Positions 47,992 through 57,585 of a stretch of DNA of 64,000 bases are shown in pieces (positions within the stretch are counted from its first letter, which is position 1; every line of letters begins with the position of its first letter). The position numbers were made by a program, and so were the translations under genes. The notes under the pieces are model-generated. The model was not told where the DNA came from. It was given only the letters and a program-made list of their open reading frames with translations, and did not search any database. The stretch is from Candidatus Bathyarchaeota archaeon. GTDB taxonomy: Archaea > Thermoproteota > Bathyarchaeia > 40CM-2-53-6. The stretch is taken from assembly GCA_963733055.1 (NCBI GenBank), contig CAVTBR010000003.1, forward strand, positions 480,001-544,000. Direction: 5' to 3'.

Positions 47992-48645
47992 TCACGCATC
48001 ACTGTGATTACTTGCCTTCTTTCTTAATAATATCCTCCTTTGCTCTTTTTGGAATCGAGAAAGGCGCGATCTTACTCCTGCTTCCGCTTTTTTCTTTCCT
48101 TTTCCAGTCACCGGCCAGGAGTATCGATGGGAGCCGACCCCAATCTCAATCTGTGGGTAATCAGAAAATCTAATCGCCTTAGTGTCTAGATCGTACGCAT
48201 CCTGAAGAAACACCGCATGTTCTTTTACCTCATCTAGGTTGCAACCAGTTATGCGAGCAACTTCGGCTGCGAACTTTTCTAAAGTAGGCAGCTTGAGTTC
48301 ATATTTCATGTAAAGTATGCTCCATAGCTCAACTTTCATAGCGGCCTTACCCAAGGCCTGTCTCTGCTCGCTGGGATTTCGTGCCGTCAAGATTTCCTTA
48401 CCCAGTTCAGAAATTGCGCTTCCGCTTTTTCCTCTGTATTCGAGTAGTCCGTATTGGATTAGGTCAGCATGCTTGTCGTGATAAGGCCCGCTCATAAACC
48501 CCTTATGATCCATCAAATCCGCGAGATCAGGATTCCTCGAAGGATGCGGAATGACTTCGTAACCGTATTCTCCTTTGATCGTTTCCAGATCAATGACAAT
48601 ATTTTCCAACCGAGTTATTGGAATTCGAAATCGCCTTAATCGCAT
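47992..48645 (-). CDS. Hypothetical wHTH-like protein
   Basis: DLIQYGLLE....ISELGKEIL wing pattern. Confidence 0.6.
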   Translation of the reverse strand: MRLRRFRIPITRLENIVIDLETIKGEYGYEVIPHPSRNPDLADLMDHKGFMSGPYHDKHADLIQYGLLEYRGKSGSAISELGKEILTARNPSEQRQALGKAAMKVELWSILYMKYELKLPTLEKFAAEVARITGCNLDEVKEHAVFLQDAYDLDTKAIRFSDYPQIEIGVGSHRYSWPVTGKGKKKAEAGVRSRLSRFQKEQRRILLRKKASNHSDA

Positions 48646-48780
48646 GAGACCACATGCTTCGCCAGATGAGAGTCACGACAAATCAAATAAGATTATTCCG
48701 CCGTAGATTACCTTTTTTCGACAAAAATCAGTAACCTTACTGTTTCTTGGCAGTGACGCCTAAGTTGTCCTGAAGGCTCA

Positions 48781-50355
48781 GTGTATCCAGTGAAAGATAT
48801 GAGTGAAAATGTAAACCTCGAATTCACAGAGAGCGAACCTAATCCTGACATGAGAACAGAGTTCAACGTGGGTTCTAATCGTCATAGAATAAAGTTTGAC
48901 AGAGAAGCTTCGACGTTAAGGTCACCCGTCACAATCACCAAGTCCCTAATTCTGCACCCAGTCCAGTTGTGTACTGAGGTGTTAGATTCCCAAGAGAGTG
49001 TAACTGGAGTAAGAGACGGCATGTTTCTTCTGTGGAATAAGAAGGGAAAAAGAGGATGGTCCTTCGTTGACGGAGGCATTGTGACAATAAATGAACTTCG
49101 TTTCGACGTGGGTGAGATTTACCCACTCGATTCCATGGCAACGCCGAGGTTGGCTCAAAGATGGAGGGACGGAGAAACCGTTGACATGATGATAGAGTAT
49201 GAGAAGAATTTAGACCAAATCTGTCAGCGAGTCGAATTTCCTACTGAAGCATCCTCGCATATTGCGACTCTGTACCGGATTGGAACACATTTCCACCCCG
49301 CATTCAATGCTTTTCCATTTCTAGATTTTGTGGGTCCACCCGCATCAGGAAAGACAAAGGCGAATTACACGATTGCTGCTGCTACACTGCATCCCTTGTT
49401 GACACCGAACCTAAGCAATGCTTCCTTCTATTATTGGCGGCAGGCCACAGGTTGCACGCTGGTTATCGATGAGAAGAACCTTTCCAGCAGGTACGACGAT
49501 GCAATAGCAGACTTGGTAAACTCTGCCTACAAGAGAGGAGGAAAAGTATCGCGAGTAATGAAAGACTCCTCGGGCCAATTCAAACCGAAGATCTTCTCAG
49601 TTTACGGTCCCATTCAGTATTCGGGGGCTAGAATTCTACCACAGATGATGAGCACTCGTACACTGACTATACCTATGAAGAGAACCCTGAAGAGTGCCTA
49701 TTCCAGTTTCGATGATCTCCTCCCTGATTCCCCAGAAGCAGTTGAACTTAGAGAAAGTTTGTACCTCGCTAGATTATGCCATGGCTTCGAAGCATATGAC
49801 ATCTACGAATCCATCAAACCTACAGATTTTGGTCTAAGAAACCGCAAATGGGAGCTTGCACGCCCATTGCTGACTGTGGCTATGCTTATTGACAAAGAAC
49901 TGATCAAGTTCGTCTTGGATTTTTTCAAGCAATCCAAAGAAGAGACCGCGGATATCAGTGACAGAGACGAGTTCAAGGTCTTATCAATACTAAGTTCGCA
50001 GGTTGCTCAAGCAGACTGGCTGGATAGAGGCCTGCCTGCAAGTGACATAGCCAATAGAGTTGCATCTCAATTTGATGAGAGTCCATATGAATGGCCCTCA
50101 AAGAGGGTTCTACGGGCCTGCAAGCTACTTAACATTAGGACATACATGGCGAAGGGCAAAAACAACATACGACTGTTGAAATCACAAATTGAAGACCTTT
50201 CTTCAAGATACCTCGAAAATCACTCTACCCCATCTACCTACTCTACCCCGACCGCCTCATTTTGGAATAATGTAGAGAGGGTAGATCAGGTAGAGCAGAT
50301 TTCACAGCAACCCCTCCATTCTCGATTGTCTCAATTAATGAACGGTAGGCGGTGA
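48781..50355 (+). CDS. P-loop NTPase replication protein (DUF3631/primase-helicase-like)
   Basis: GPPASGKT Walker A, LVIDE Walker B, STRTLTIPM arginine-finger region; iterons in its 3' end. Confidence 0.7.
   Translation: MYPVKDMSENVNLEFTESEPNPDMRTEFNVGSNRHRIKFDREASTLRSPVTITKSLILHPVQLCTEVLDSQESVTGVRDGMFLLWNKKGKRGWSFVDGGIVTINELRFDVGEIYPLDSMATPRLAQRWRDGETVDMMIEYEKNLDQICQRVEFPTEASSHIATLYRIGTHFHPAFNAFPFLDFVGPPASGKTKANYTIAAATLHPLLTPNLSNASFYYWRQATGCTLVIDEKNLSSRYDDAIADLVNSAYKRGGKVSRVMKDSSGQFKPKIFSVYGPIQYSGARILPQMMSTRTLTIPMKRTLKSAYSSFDDLLPDSPEAVELRESLYLARLCHGFEAYDIYESIKPTDFGLRNRKWELARPLLTVAMLIDKELIKFVLDFFKQSKEETADISDRDEFKVLSILSSQVAQADWLDRGLPASDIANRVASQFDESPYEWPSKRVLRACKLLNIRTYMAKGKNNIRLLKSQIEDLSSRYLENHSTPSTYSTPTASFWNNVERVDQVEQISQQPLHSRLSQLMNGRR
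50223..50297. repeat. Putative replication origin: 3+3 inverted iterons
   Basis: TCTAC at 50224/50233/50242 and GTAGA at 50272/50281/50290, at a 9-bp period around a partly AT-rich spacer. Confidence 0.65.
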
Positions 50356-50361
50356 TCGTTA

Positions 50362-51324
50362 ATGTGCCCTGCGAAGCAATTGCTAGAAGTAACAGAAATT
50401 CAGTCTCCCGTACGCGAGCAAGTGGGTCCCTCACGCGCAGTTTCCAAGATCATTTCATTCGGGCTTTGGATGCGCAGCCAAGGGTACAAGGACTCAACCA
50501 CATATGGTGCTGTTGCCGCCCTGAAGGGGATCGCCAATAAAGTTGACTTGTTTGACACCGAAGGTGTGAAGCGATATCTTGCAAGCGCTCAACTCAGTGA
50601 AGGCCGTAAAGAAAAGATTACAGACGATCTGGCGCGTTTCTACAACCATGAGACCATCTCCTTTGACAAACCTCGCTACAAACGGATTGACAGACTGCCA
50701 TTCATCCCGCACGAGGCAGAGATAGATGGCCTCATAGCGAACCTAGGCAAGAAAACATCAGCATTCCTGCAGGCAATTAAGGAGACTGCGGGCAGGCCTG
50801 GTGAGGTATGGCAATTAGATTGGCGCGACATCGACATAACCAACAAATCATTGGTACTCACTCCACTAAAAGGATCGAATCCCAGACAAATCAGGATTTC
50901 GGACAACCTGATCTCAATGCTGAACAGATTGCCTCGATCCTCTGAGCATATCTTCCATTCCGAGAATGCTGATCTCATAGGCAGCCTCTGCAACTTTCGA
51001 ACCTGTTTCGAGAAACAAAGGCGGAAAGTTGCTTTAAGGCTCCAAAACTCTCGCATTAATCAGATAACTTTCAAAACTCTGCGGCACTGGAAGGCTACAA
51101 CGGAATATCACAAAACCAAAGACATACTGCACGTAATGCAATTGCTTGGCCACAAAAATATCAAGAACACCCTAGTCTACACTCACTTGCTAAACTTCGA
51201 TTCTGCTGACGACTGGATCTGTAAAGTTGCCAGTTCACAGGCAGAAATTCAATCACTCATCGAGGCTGGTTTCGAACATGTCCTTGCAAAGGAAGGTCTT
51301 GAATACTTTCGAAAGAGAAAGTGA
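50362..51324 (+). CDS. Tyrosine recombinase/integrase
   Basis: ETAGRPGE, K, KTLRHW and LLGHKNIKNTLVY motifs. Confidence 0.92.
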   Translation: MCPAKQLLEVTEIQSPVREQVGPSRAVSKIISFGLWMRSQGYKDSTTYGAVAALKGIANKVDLFDTEGVKRYLASAQLSEGRKEKITDDLARFYNHETISFDKPRYKRIDRLPFIPHEAEIDGLIANLGKKTSAFLQAIKETAGRPGEVWQLDWRDIDITNKSLVLTPLKGSNPRQIRISDNLISMLNRLPRSSEHIFHSENADLIGSLCNFRTCFEKQRRKVALRLQNSRINQITFKTLRHWKATTEYHKTKDILHVMQLLGHKNIKNTLVYTHLLNFDSADDWICKVASSQAEIQSLIEAGFEHVLAKEGLEYFRKRK

Positions 51325-51336
51325 GGAGGTGAGATT

Positions 51337-51705
51337 ATGCAATTTCAGAATGCGAAACTAGAAACCAAATTAAGTGAGAGGTTTAAGCCGCCTGTCACCG
51401 CCGAAGGCATCTACACTATAGATGGGGTAAGAGAAGGGCCTCTGAGAGCCCGATATCCATCAATTGTAATGGAACTCACTAGCAATAATGCTGGCACCAA
51501 ACACCGTATGCTTGTTGCGTTGCCGAATGATATGGATGAGATTAGTCCATACACAAATTTCGGACGCTTGATAGAAGCGTTCGGCTTTGATAGCGAAGGC
51601 TGGCTCGGTAAAAGAATTGAGATCAGAATAGACCAAAGTCGTAAGAAACATATCTATCCAGCAATTAGCGAACAAGCTCCAGCCCCGATCTCTGAGCCAA
51701 CCTGA
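51337..51705 (+). CDS. Hypothetical protein
   Basis: GGAGGTG RBS, ATG; beta-rich, possibly OB-like. Confidence 0.65.
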   Translation: MQFQNAKLETKLSERFKPPVTAEGIYTIDGVREGPLRARYPSIVMELTSNNAGTKHRMLVALPNDMDEISPYTNFGRLIEAFGFDSEGWLGKRIEIRIDQSRKKHIYPAISEQAPAPISEPT

Positions 51706-51787
51706 CTGTTAAGAGGTTAAGTGAGAAGGCGATGGGATTTTCAATTATGTAATTTTCCCTTCTCTCCTCCTTTTTTCTTTGAATAAT

Positions 51788-53287
51788 TCAAAATAACCTC
51801 TTGCTTCTCCTCCTCGTTGGTATGAGGTTAATTATGATCAGGAGAAACATTATCACTGTAGCAGTAGCCTTCAGGACTCTCTTTGCTGTTTCCCACTTTC
51901 GTCCACTCTGCTCCAATGAGGCGCGATCCTGGTCTTCCTCTGCCCACAGGTTTGACTCATCTTTGAACTGGGTCGCCCAATCGTTGCCCTGCTCCTTGTC
52001 GGGCTGAAATGCCGAGCATTTCATACATCGAACTGCATCTATGGCCATTGCTCTGTCGCAGTCAATACACTGCTTCGTAGGTTGATCAGAAACGAGCTTC
52101 CGCGTTGTTTTCTGAAGTTTCTGCTCTTCGAGTGCGCATCCCTCACAGAGATATCTCTTAAAAAACACTCGCCTTCGCGTCCAATGCGTGCAGTTTCGAC
52201 ACATGGTTTTCCCGCAACTCCGGCATTCGTAACCATGTGATTTTCCCTTGTGGGTTGTATTTCCGCAAGAATTGCACAGCAATATTTCTTCTTGGATCGG
52301 CTCGTTGCAGATCCGACAAATTGCAAGTGAATTTTCCAGAAGAAACAATTCTTGAGGTTTCTCTATAACTGTTATTCTGTACCCCTTAGAAAATGCAAAG
52401 TATGAAATGGACCATTGTGGGACGTAAACCCTCTTAAAATCCCGTAGGTCTATATTCCTCCCGCTAGGAGTACAGACTCGCGTATAGTGCACGTTATTAC
52501 GACCGTTCCATCCGACTTCCTGCGAATGTTGTTTGGCAATAGCGTCAACTATTCTATGTGCGACTGTTTTTCGATCTAGTTGGAACGAGCCACGCCTCGC
52601 CTTATCAGACTTCGACAGCCTCGAGTGTTGCAGAGTAGGGGTATTTCTCAGAAAATTCGCGAGGTCTGCGCGGATCGGCATGCCAATTCCGGATAGTAGA
52701 AGTTCTTGATCATCCAAATTGATGGAATGAATATGGTACGTGTGCGTGTTAAAATCCTGATGAATATCGTACCGGATGCGGTACATGGGTAGTAAAGTGA
52801 GTTCGGTCTCCAGCAATCCCAATAGACTACTCACAGATTTGGGGCGGCTCAATATCCGCGGCTCTGCAAACATAGAAATAGCCTCCTTTGCCACATCTTT
52901 TCGATTCGAGACAGGATAATAGAAGAATCCATCGGAGAATTCTTGGGAGGTCCGGGTTTGTCGATGGATCCGTCGAGATACTGTTTTCTCTCTTCTCGGG
53001 TTCTCCGTTTCTCTTCTTCTTTTCTTCTCTTCCGATTCTCTGTAAGTTGTCCCGTCAAGTGCGTGTTCGGATTTGAGAGTTTCGTCATATTCGTTGCGTC
53101 TCACGGGATCTGACAAGACTTCCCATGCTTTGTTGATGCGCTGTGCCATTTCATTTGCAGATGGGCTCTTGTTGTGATCGGGATGATAGGCTAGGAGCAT
53201 TCTGTTTCGTTGCAGTTTTATTTCATCAATTGTTGCCTCTGGGGCGACACCTAAAAGCTCATAGAAATTTACAAAATCGTCAGTCAA
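51788..53287 (-). CDS. DnaJ-domain protein fused to a multi-Zn-finger region and a C-terminal TM
   Basis: FYELLGV..YHPD..INKAWEVLSDP..R.EYD J-domain; six or more CxxC pairs. Confidence 0.85.
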   Translation of the reverse strand: MTDDFVNFYELLGVAPEATIDEIKLQRNRMLLAYHPDHNKSPSANEMAQRINKAWEVLSDPVRRNEYDETLKSEHALDGTTYRESEEKKRRRETENPRREKTVSRRIHRQTRTSQEFSDGFFYYPVSNRKDVAKEAISMFAEPRILSRPKSVSSLLGLLETELTLLPMYRIRYDIHQDFNTHTYHIHSINLDDQELLLSGIGMPIRADLANFLRNTPTLQHSRLSKSDKARRGSFQLDRKTVAHRIVDAIAKQHSQEVGWNGRNNVHYTRVCTPSGRNIDLRDFKRVYVPQWSISYFAFSKGYRITVIEKPQELFLLENSLAICRICNEPIQEEILLCNSCGNTTHKGKSHGYECRSCGKTMCRNCTHWTRRRVFFKRYLCEGCALEEQKLQKTTRKLVSDQPTKQCIDCDRAMAIDAVRCMKCSAFQPDKEQGNDWATQFKDESNLWAEEDQDRASLEQSGRKWETAKRVLKATATVIMFLLIIINLIPTRRRSKRLF

Positions 53288-53292
53288 TTATA

Positions 53293-53580
53293 TCATCGAA
53301 GGAAAAACCGTTTTCGCAGCATGATAAGGAAGTCTAGGAGCTTTGCACTTCGTGAATTGAAGGCCCAGTCTGTGGCAATGTGCAAAATCGCTGCCACACC
53401 TGCGCCTTTTTCCTTGGAAGCTGCTCTCGCAACGAGGACCGCGGTAATAGGGTCATGGAATAGAATTCTGTGTTTGGGACCTAGAAACTTGTACGGATAA
53501 TCTATGGCGCTGTGCACCTTGTTATGTGGTTTTCCAAGGACCCGCCGCGTTATCTCCCTGTGAACGCGATGGCTCGGCAT
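53293..53580 (-). CDS. His-rich putative metal-binding hydrolase-like small protein
   Basis: MP...H...VH..ID.P....G..HR..FHD...LH...D pattern. Confidence 0.6.
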   Translation of the reverse strand: MPSHRVHREITRRVLGKPHNKVHSAIDYPYKFLGPKHRILFHDPITAVLVARAASKEKGAGVAAILHIATDWAFNSRSAKLLDFLIMLRKRFFLR

Positions 53581-53653
53581 GTAAGGATTCACGGCCTTTA
53601 GTTGCCTATGCTCAAACTTATGTTCTATCATAGATGAGGCATTCACTTAAACT

Positions 53654-53667
53654 ACATCATATGATGT
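53654..53667. promoter_or_regulatory. Perfect 14-bp palindrome between divergent genes
   Basis: ACATCATATGATGT, next to a TTAAA box. Confidence 0.55.
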
Positions 53668-53686
53668 GTCATAGTTCGAGTACCAT

Positions 53687-53890
53687 TTGACTAAGGAACT
53701 GAGCAAGAAAACCTTGGAATATCTACGAAAACAGGATTGGCCTGTAACAACTGAGATGGTAGCGAAGGAGTTGGGAGTTTCTTGGAATACCGCGCAGCTG
53801 CAACTCTACAAGCTTTTCGCAGAAGACCTCGTAAAGATGAAAAGGGTACCGCTAACATTCAGAGCACATAATCACCTAATGAACCAGTAA
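53687..53890 (+). CDS. Small wHTH transcriptional regulator (possibly 3'-truncated)
   Basis: TTEMVAKELGVSWNTAQLQLYKL. Confidence 0.7.
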   Translation: MTKELSKKTLEYLRKQDWPVTTEMVAKELGVSWNTAQLQLYKLFAEDLVKMKRVPLTFRAHNHLMNQ

Positions 53891-53938
53891 AATGTCATCA
53901 CGTGCCTTCTGAGCACCAGGGGCACCGGTGGATTGATC

Positions 53939-53966
53939 TAGATTGCTTTAGAATGGGAATAGGAAA
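53939..53966 (+). repeat. 28-bp imperfect direct repeat, copy 1
   Basis: TAGATTGCTTtagAATGGGAATAGGAAA; 25 of 28 identical to 55617-55644. Confidence 0.7.
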
Positions 53967-54277
53967 ATGCCCGCTTTACGTTCTTTACTCGCTTAGGAAA
54001 GCAGGAAGCATCCTTGAGTGTCACGCGGACATCGAGCAGGACGCTGTGGAATGCTTTTGTGTTTATTTACTCCTTTTCTAGTTCTCTTATTCACTTATGA
54101 GGCTTATCGGGGAGGGCTAAATTGTGCTCCTATATACATAGGTGTAAGCTCCTTTACAGGATCGGCGGTCGTGGGATCAAGCAATTCCGTGAAGGCGCGT
54201 TCTGAAGTTCTTTTCCGACTGCGTGGACGCAGAAGCCAAATCTCTCCTTAACCAACCCTTGTCTCGTCGATTAGTAA

Positions 54278-55024
54278 ATGTCAGTTGAGCAAAAGTCACC
54301 GTTAGACGGACTAATCGAAGTGTTGCGTCTAAAAGAAACGTCCAAGATTACCAAGAAGGCTGACGGGTTCGATAAGTGGTTTAATTCCTATGGCAACATT
54401 TTCGTGGAAATTTTGGCCGCATTCCGAGGCACGTCCTACTACCAGAAAAATAGGAAAATCCTTGACAATTCCTTGGTCTTCGGAAGATTCGTTGAGCTTC
54501 ATAAGAACCTGAATTGGATATTCGTCTGCGTTCTCTCTGGGAGTTATCACTCAGCCATTCGAGAGCTGCGATTTGTTCTCGATTCCATGCTTCAGGCATA
54601 CTATTTGGACAAGGAACATCCAGCAGCGGACGTCCCCTGCAAGTTAGAAGTACTTCGAGAGATCGAGCGCGAACGCTTTGGTTCAAGGATAATCGAAAGA
54701 ATTGCGGTGCAAGATAAGGCCGCTATTCGTGACTTGTACCATGAACTTTCACAGTTTGTTCACAGCTCATATCAAGAGATGAAGTCAGTCTTGGATCAAG
54801 GTCTCATTATGGACAGAGTGACCTTCGACTTTGACCAAGCATCATTCGACTATTGCAGAGTTCTAACAACTAGAGTACTTGATGTCTTTTTTCTACTCAC
54901 ATTACAGAATTTCCCAGAATTAATCGGCCAAATCAAGTCCGAAACGCAGACATCTCTTGCTGATGGATACTTACTGAGCCTGAATTACATTTCGCAAGGA
55001 GAAAAAGAGAAGGAAAAAGTCTAG
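54278..55024 (+). CDS. All-helical HEPN-like (DUF5677-like) protein
   Basis: A...LR..LD.....YL and LYHELSQFVH motifs. Confidence 0.6.
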   Translation: MSVEQKSPLDGLIEVLRLKETSKITKKADGFDKWFNSYGNIFVEILAAFRGTSYYQKNRKILDNSLVFGRFVELHKNLNWIFVCVLSGSYHSAIRELRFVLDSMLQAYYLDKEHPAADVPCKLEVLREIERERFGSRIIERIAVQDKAAIRDLYHELSQFVHSSYQEMKSVLDQGLIMDRVTFDFDQASFDYCRVLTTRVLDVFFLLTLQNFPELIGQIKSETQTSLADGYLLSLNYISQGEKEKEKV

Positions 55025-55067
55025 TTCCAAGAATCTGAAGCGTATACAGGGATTCTGGACCCAAACT

Positions 55068-55520
55068 TTGATGACTCCAGTTACGAAGGACGCGACTCGG
55101 CGCCTACGCAAAGGATTGCATATGGAAAAAGGCCCACCGGGCTTAACGGTCAAGATAGATTTTTTTGACCTACGACGCAAGGATGAGGATCTCGGTGCTT
55201 TCATTCTAGAGGTTCAAAATGAAGTCGGTCAATTCGGATTAGCCTGGTTCTCCATCTACGGCAACCTAGATGAAAAGGATGGTTTCAAGATCGAAGCAAA
55301 ATCCGCCGTACTGTGGGACATGATGATCCACCAAGAGGAATGGAGAGGCAAAGGAATTGGGTCCGAATGGCTTGGGGTTATGAAAGAATATGCCAACTGT
55401 CGGAGAGCGCAAAGATTCTATGCGCACAATGTCCAACCCGAAAGTGAAAGATTCTTCACTAAGGCGGGTTTCACTCCTACGGACGATAGAGATTGGTGGA
55501 TAATGAAAGAGTTCTCATAA
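55068..55520 (+). CDS. GNAT N-acetyltransferase
   Basis: EWRGKGIGS and FFTKAGF motifs. Confidence 0.8.
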   Translation: MMTPVTKDATRRLRKGLHMEKGPPGLTVKIDFFDLRRKDEDLGAFILEVQNEVGQFGLAWFSIYGNLDEKDGFKIEAKSAVLWDMMIHQEEWRGKGIGSEWLGVMKEYANCRRAQRFYAHNVQPESERFFTKAGFTPTDDRDWWIMKEFS

Positions 55521-55616
55521 CGCCCGACTTTCTCTCCATGAGGCACACTGGAGTCATCAAACCAGTAAAGTGCCGTCGCGTTCTTTCTGAGTAGTGAGAA
55601 CGGAGATCCGATCAGT

Positions 55617-55644
55617 TAGATTGCTTGTAAATGGGAATAGGAAA
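55617..55644 (+). repeat. 28-bp imperfect direct repeat, copy 2
   Basis: TAGATTGCTTgtaAATGGGAATAGGAAA. Confidence 0.7.
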
Positions 55645-55774
55645 GATGTTCTCTTTTTCGCTTGGGAGGCTTACAAGCTTCGCTGGAAGTGCAACAGTTA
55701 TAGTTGTTTCCTGGCTTATATCAAAGGAGATGGACTCCGGCGAAATGCATTAGGCAACTTGATGCTATCCGAAT

Positions 55775-56383
55775 CTACATCGGCCATCCAAAGGCGATGT
55801 TCATGATTACTGAGACAATTATCCAAAGGAAAGTTGTGTAGATTGGGTACGCTAACCGCTTTCTACTAGCAGGGCTGGGATTACGCCATGTCTTCGCATA
55901 GCCATAGATTCCCCATAGGGCTATGCCTACATTCATTGTAAAGTATGTTCTTCCCACATATGTCACTGATGTCAAGAATCCCGACACAGCACTAATCAAG
56001 CTGATAGTTCCAACCAAAGTAAGTTGCATTAGGGATTTGAATGGCAGTATGTCGCTTTCGCTGAGTCCAGTTCGACCAAATCGTCTGACATAAAAGCCCG
56101 CTACAAAAAGTGTCTCCGAACCTAGAATGAATGTGCCAGCAACCGCTATCAGAGTAACCACCCACAGAATGTCCCAAGGAAAGGCCAGTCGGTCTAGGTG
56201 ATGAAGGAAGTAATCGGTAACGGCTGAGACCGCATAGAAACCGCAAGAGTAGATGAAGTATTCACTGATTGGTCGAAGGCCTTGTAGAGTGGGATTCCTT
56301 TGCAAGAGAAGTGGACCGTAAGCTAGCCACGCCGAAAGTGCTATTCCACCGAAAATTAAGATTACGTCAAAGAAGGGAACCAA
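55775..56383 (-). CDS. Polytopic membrane protein
   Basis: About 6 hydrophobic helices. Confidence 0.65.
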   Translation of the reverse strand: MVPFFDVILIFGGIALSAWLAYGPLLLQRNPTLQGLRPISEYFIYSCGFYAVSAVTDYFLHHLDRLAFPWDILWVVTLIAVAGTFILGSETLFVAGFYVRRFGRTGLSESDILPFKSLMQLTLVGTISLISAVSGFLTSVTYVGRTYFTMNVGIALWGIYGYAKTWRNPSPASRKRLAYPIYTTFLWIIVSVIMNIAFGWPM

Positions 56384-56527
56384 TCATGCTCAACGCGAAT
56401 GGCCACTAGGAACTTTGCTTAGGAGATGGGCCATATATTATCTATGATGAGGCTTTACGATCCTTTAATCCAGAACGCAAAAGAGTAAAGCAAGGCGTTT
56501 TAAGTGTTCAAAGGCACAGCTGGTTTC

Positions 56528-57565
56528 ATGGGAAAATTCCAGTTTACTCCTGAACAGGTTGAAGACCTGAAATCATGGAAGAACAGTCTGACTTCAGAGA
56601 AGGCTAGGAATTGGGCAACGGAGGAGGACAAAGCTGAGATCGAAACATCGAAAATCCTGAATGACAAAGCCTTCATACAAGGACAAGATTTTACAGCTGA
56701 GAAACTTGACGAACTATTTTCAGATATGAAATGGTTCTCCGCAAACAGAAACTTGACGAACCTCTTATACCGCAAGAATACTCTTGAGGAATTCAACCGA
56801 GCACTTAGAAACCTAATCCATGGAACAGAGCCTTTCCCAAAGCGAGTGAACGGATTTTTCAAACTGAAAGGAATAGGTGTCCAGACACTGTCTCAATTCT
56901 TGGTTGCCGCTGATACGAGAAAGTACGCATTCGTAACATCTCAAACCAAAGATACTCTTTCTGTCGGCTCGGATCAGGATGACGTGGCGCTCTCAGACGC
57001 TCTTGGGACGTTTGGCATAGCTAACCAGGATGAATATCTTGATAGGACTTTGGATTACTTGAGAGACTGTGTCATTTTCCAGTCAGTCAGGGACCTGTTG
57101 GGTTTGGACAAGTATACACAGGTAAACAATCTTCTCTGGTTCGAGTTCGATAAGGATGACGAAGGTCCAGAAGAAGTGATAAAATCCTACGGATCCATCT
57201 CGATCGAGAAGGATCTTAGGAATTTCCTGGCGGACAACATATCGATAGTTGAGAGGGGGTTGGTATTGGTGGGGAAAGAATTCGATACGGGAGAAGTCGG
57301 GAGGATAGATCTTCTCTGTAAGGATAGAAAAGGCGACCACGTGGTGGTTGAATTGAAGAGAGGAAGAACGAACGACGAAGTTGTGGGCCAGACCTTGCGA
57401 TATCTAGGTTGGGTGCAGAAGAAGATGAGCACGAAGGCTAGGGGCATAATTATCGTCAATGAGCCAGACGAACGGCTGGGATATGCACTCAATCCTCTGA
57501 CCAGTCTAATTGAACTGAAATTCTATAAAGTAAACTTTGAACTAAGAAACAAATTCGGAACTTAG
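56528..57565 (+). CDS. NucS/EndoMS-like (DUF91) PD-(D/E)XK endonuclease with an N-terminal helical domain
   Basis: EKDLRNFL, GRIDLL..D....VVVELK and GQTLRY motifs. Confidence 0.85.
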   Translation: MGKFQFTPEQVEDLKSWKNSLTSEKARNWATEEDKAEIETSKILNDKAFIQGQDFTAEKLDELFSDMKWFSANRNLTNLLYRKNTLEEFNRALRNLIHGTEPFPKRVNGFFKLKGIGVQTLSQFLVAADTRKYAFVTSQTKDTLSVGSDQDDVALSDALGTFGIANQDEYLDRTLDYLRDCVIFQSVRDLLGLDKYTQVNNLLWFEFDKDDEGPEEVIKSYGSISIEKDLRNFLADNISIVERGLVLVGKEFDTGEVGRIDLLCKDRKGDHVVVELKRGRTNDEVVGQTLRYLGWVQKKMSTKARGIIIVNEPDERLGYALNPLTSLIELKFYKVNFELRNKFGT

Positions 57566-57585
57566 CCTCAGCGAACAGCGATACA

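Noticed and set aside
53931-53958. Third dif-like site GATTGATCTAG-ATTGCT-TTAGAATGGGA
   Set aside because: Left arm matches 8 of 11 but right arm only 5 of 11; better explained as part of the 28-bp direct repeat
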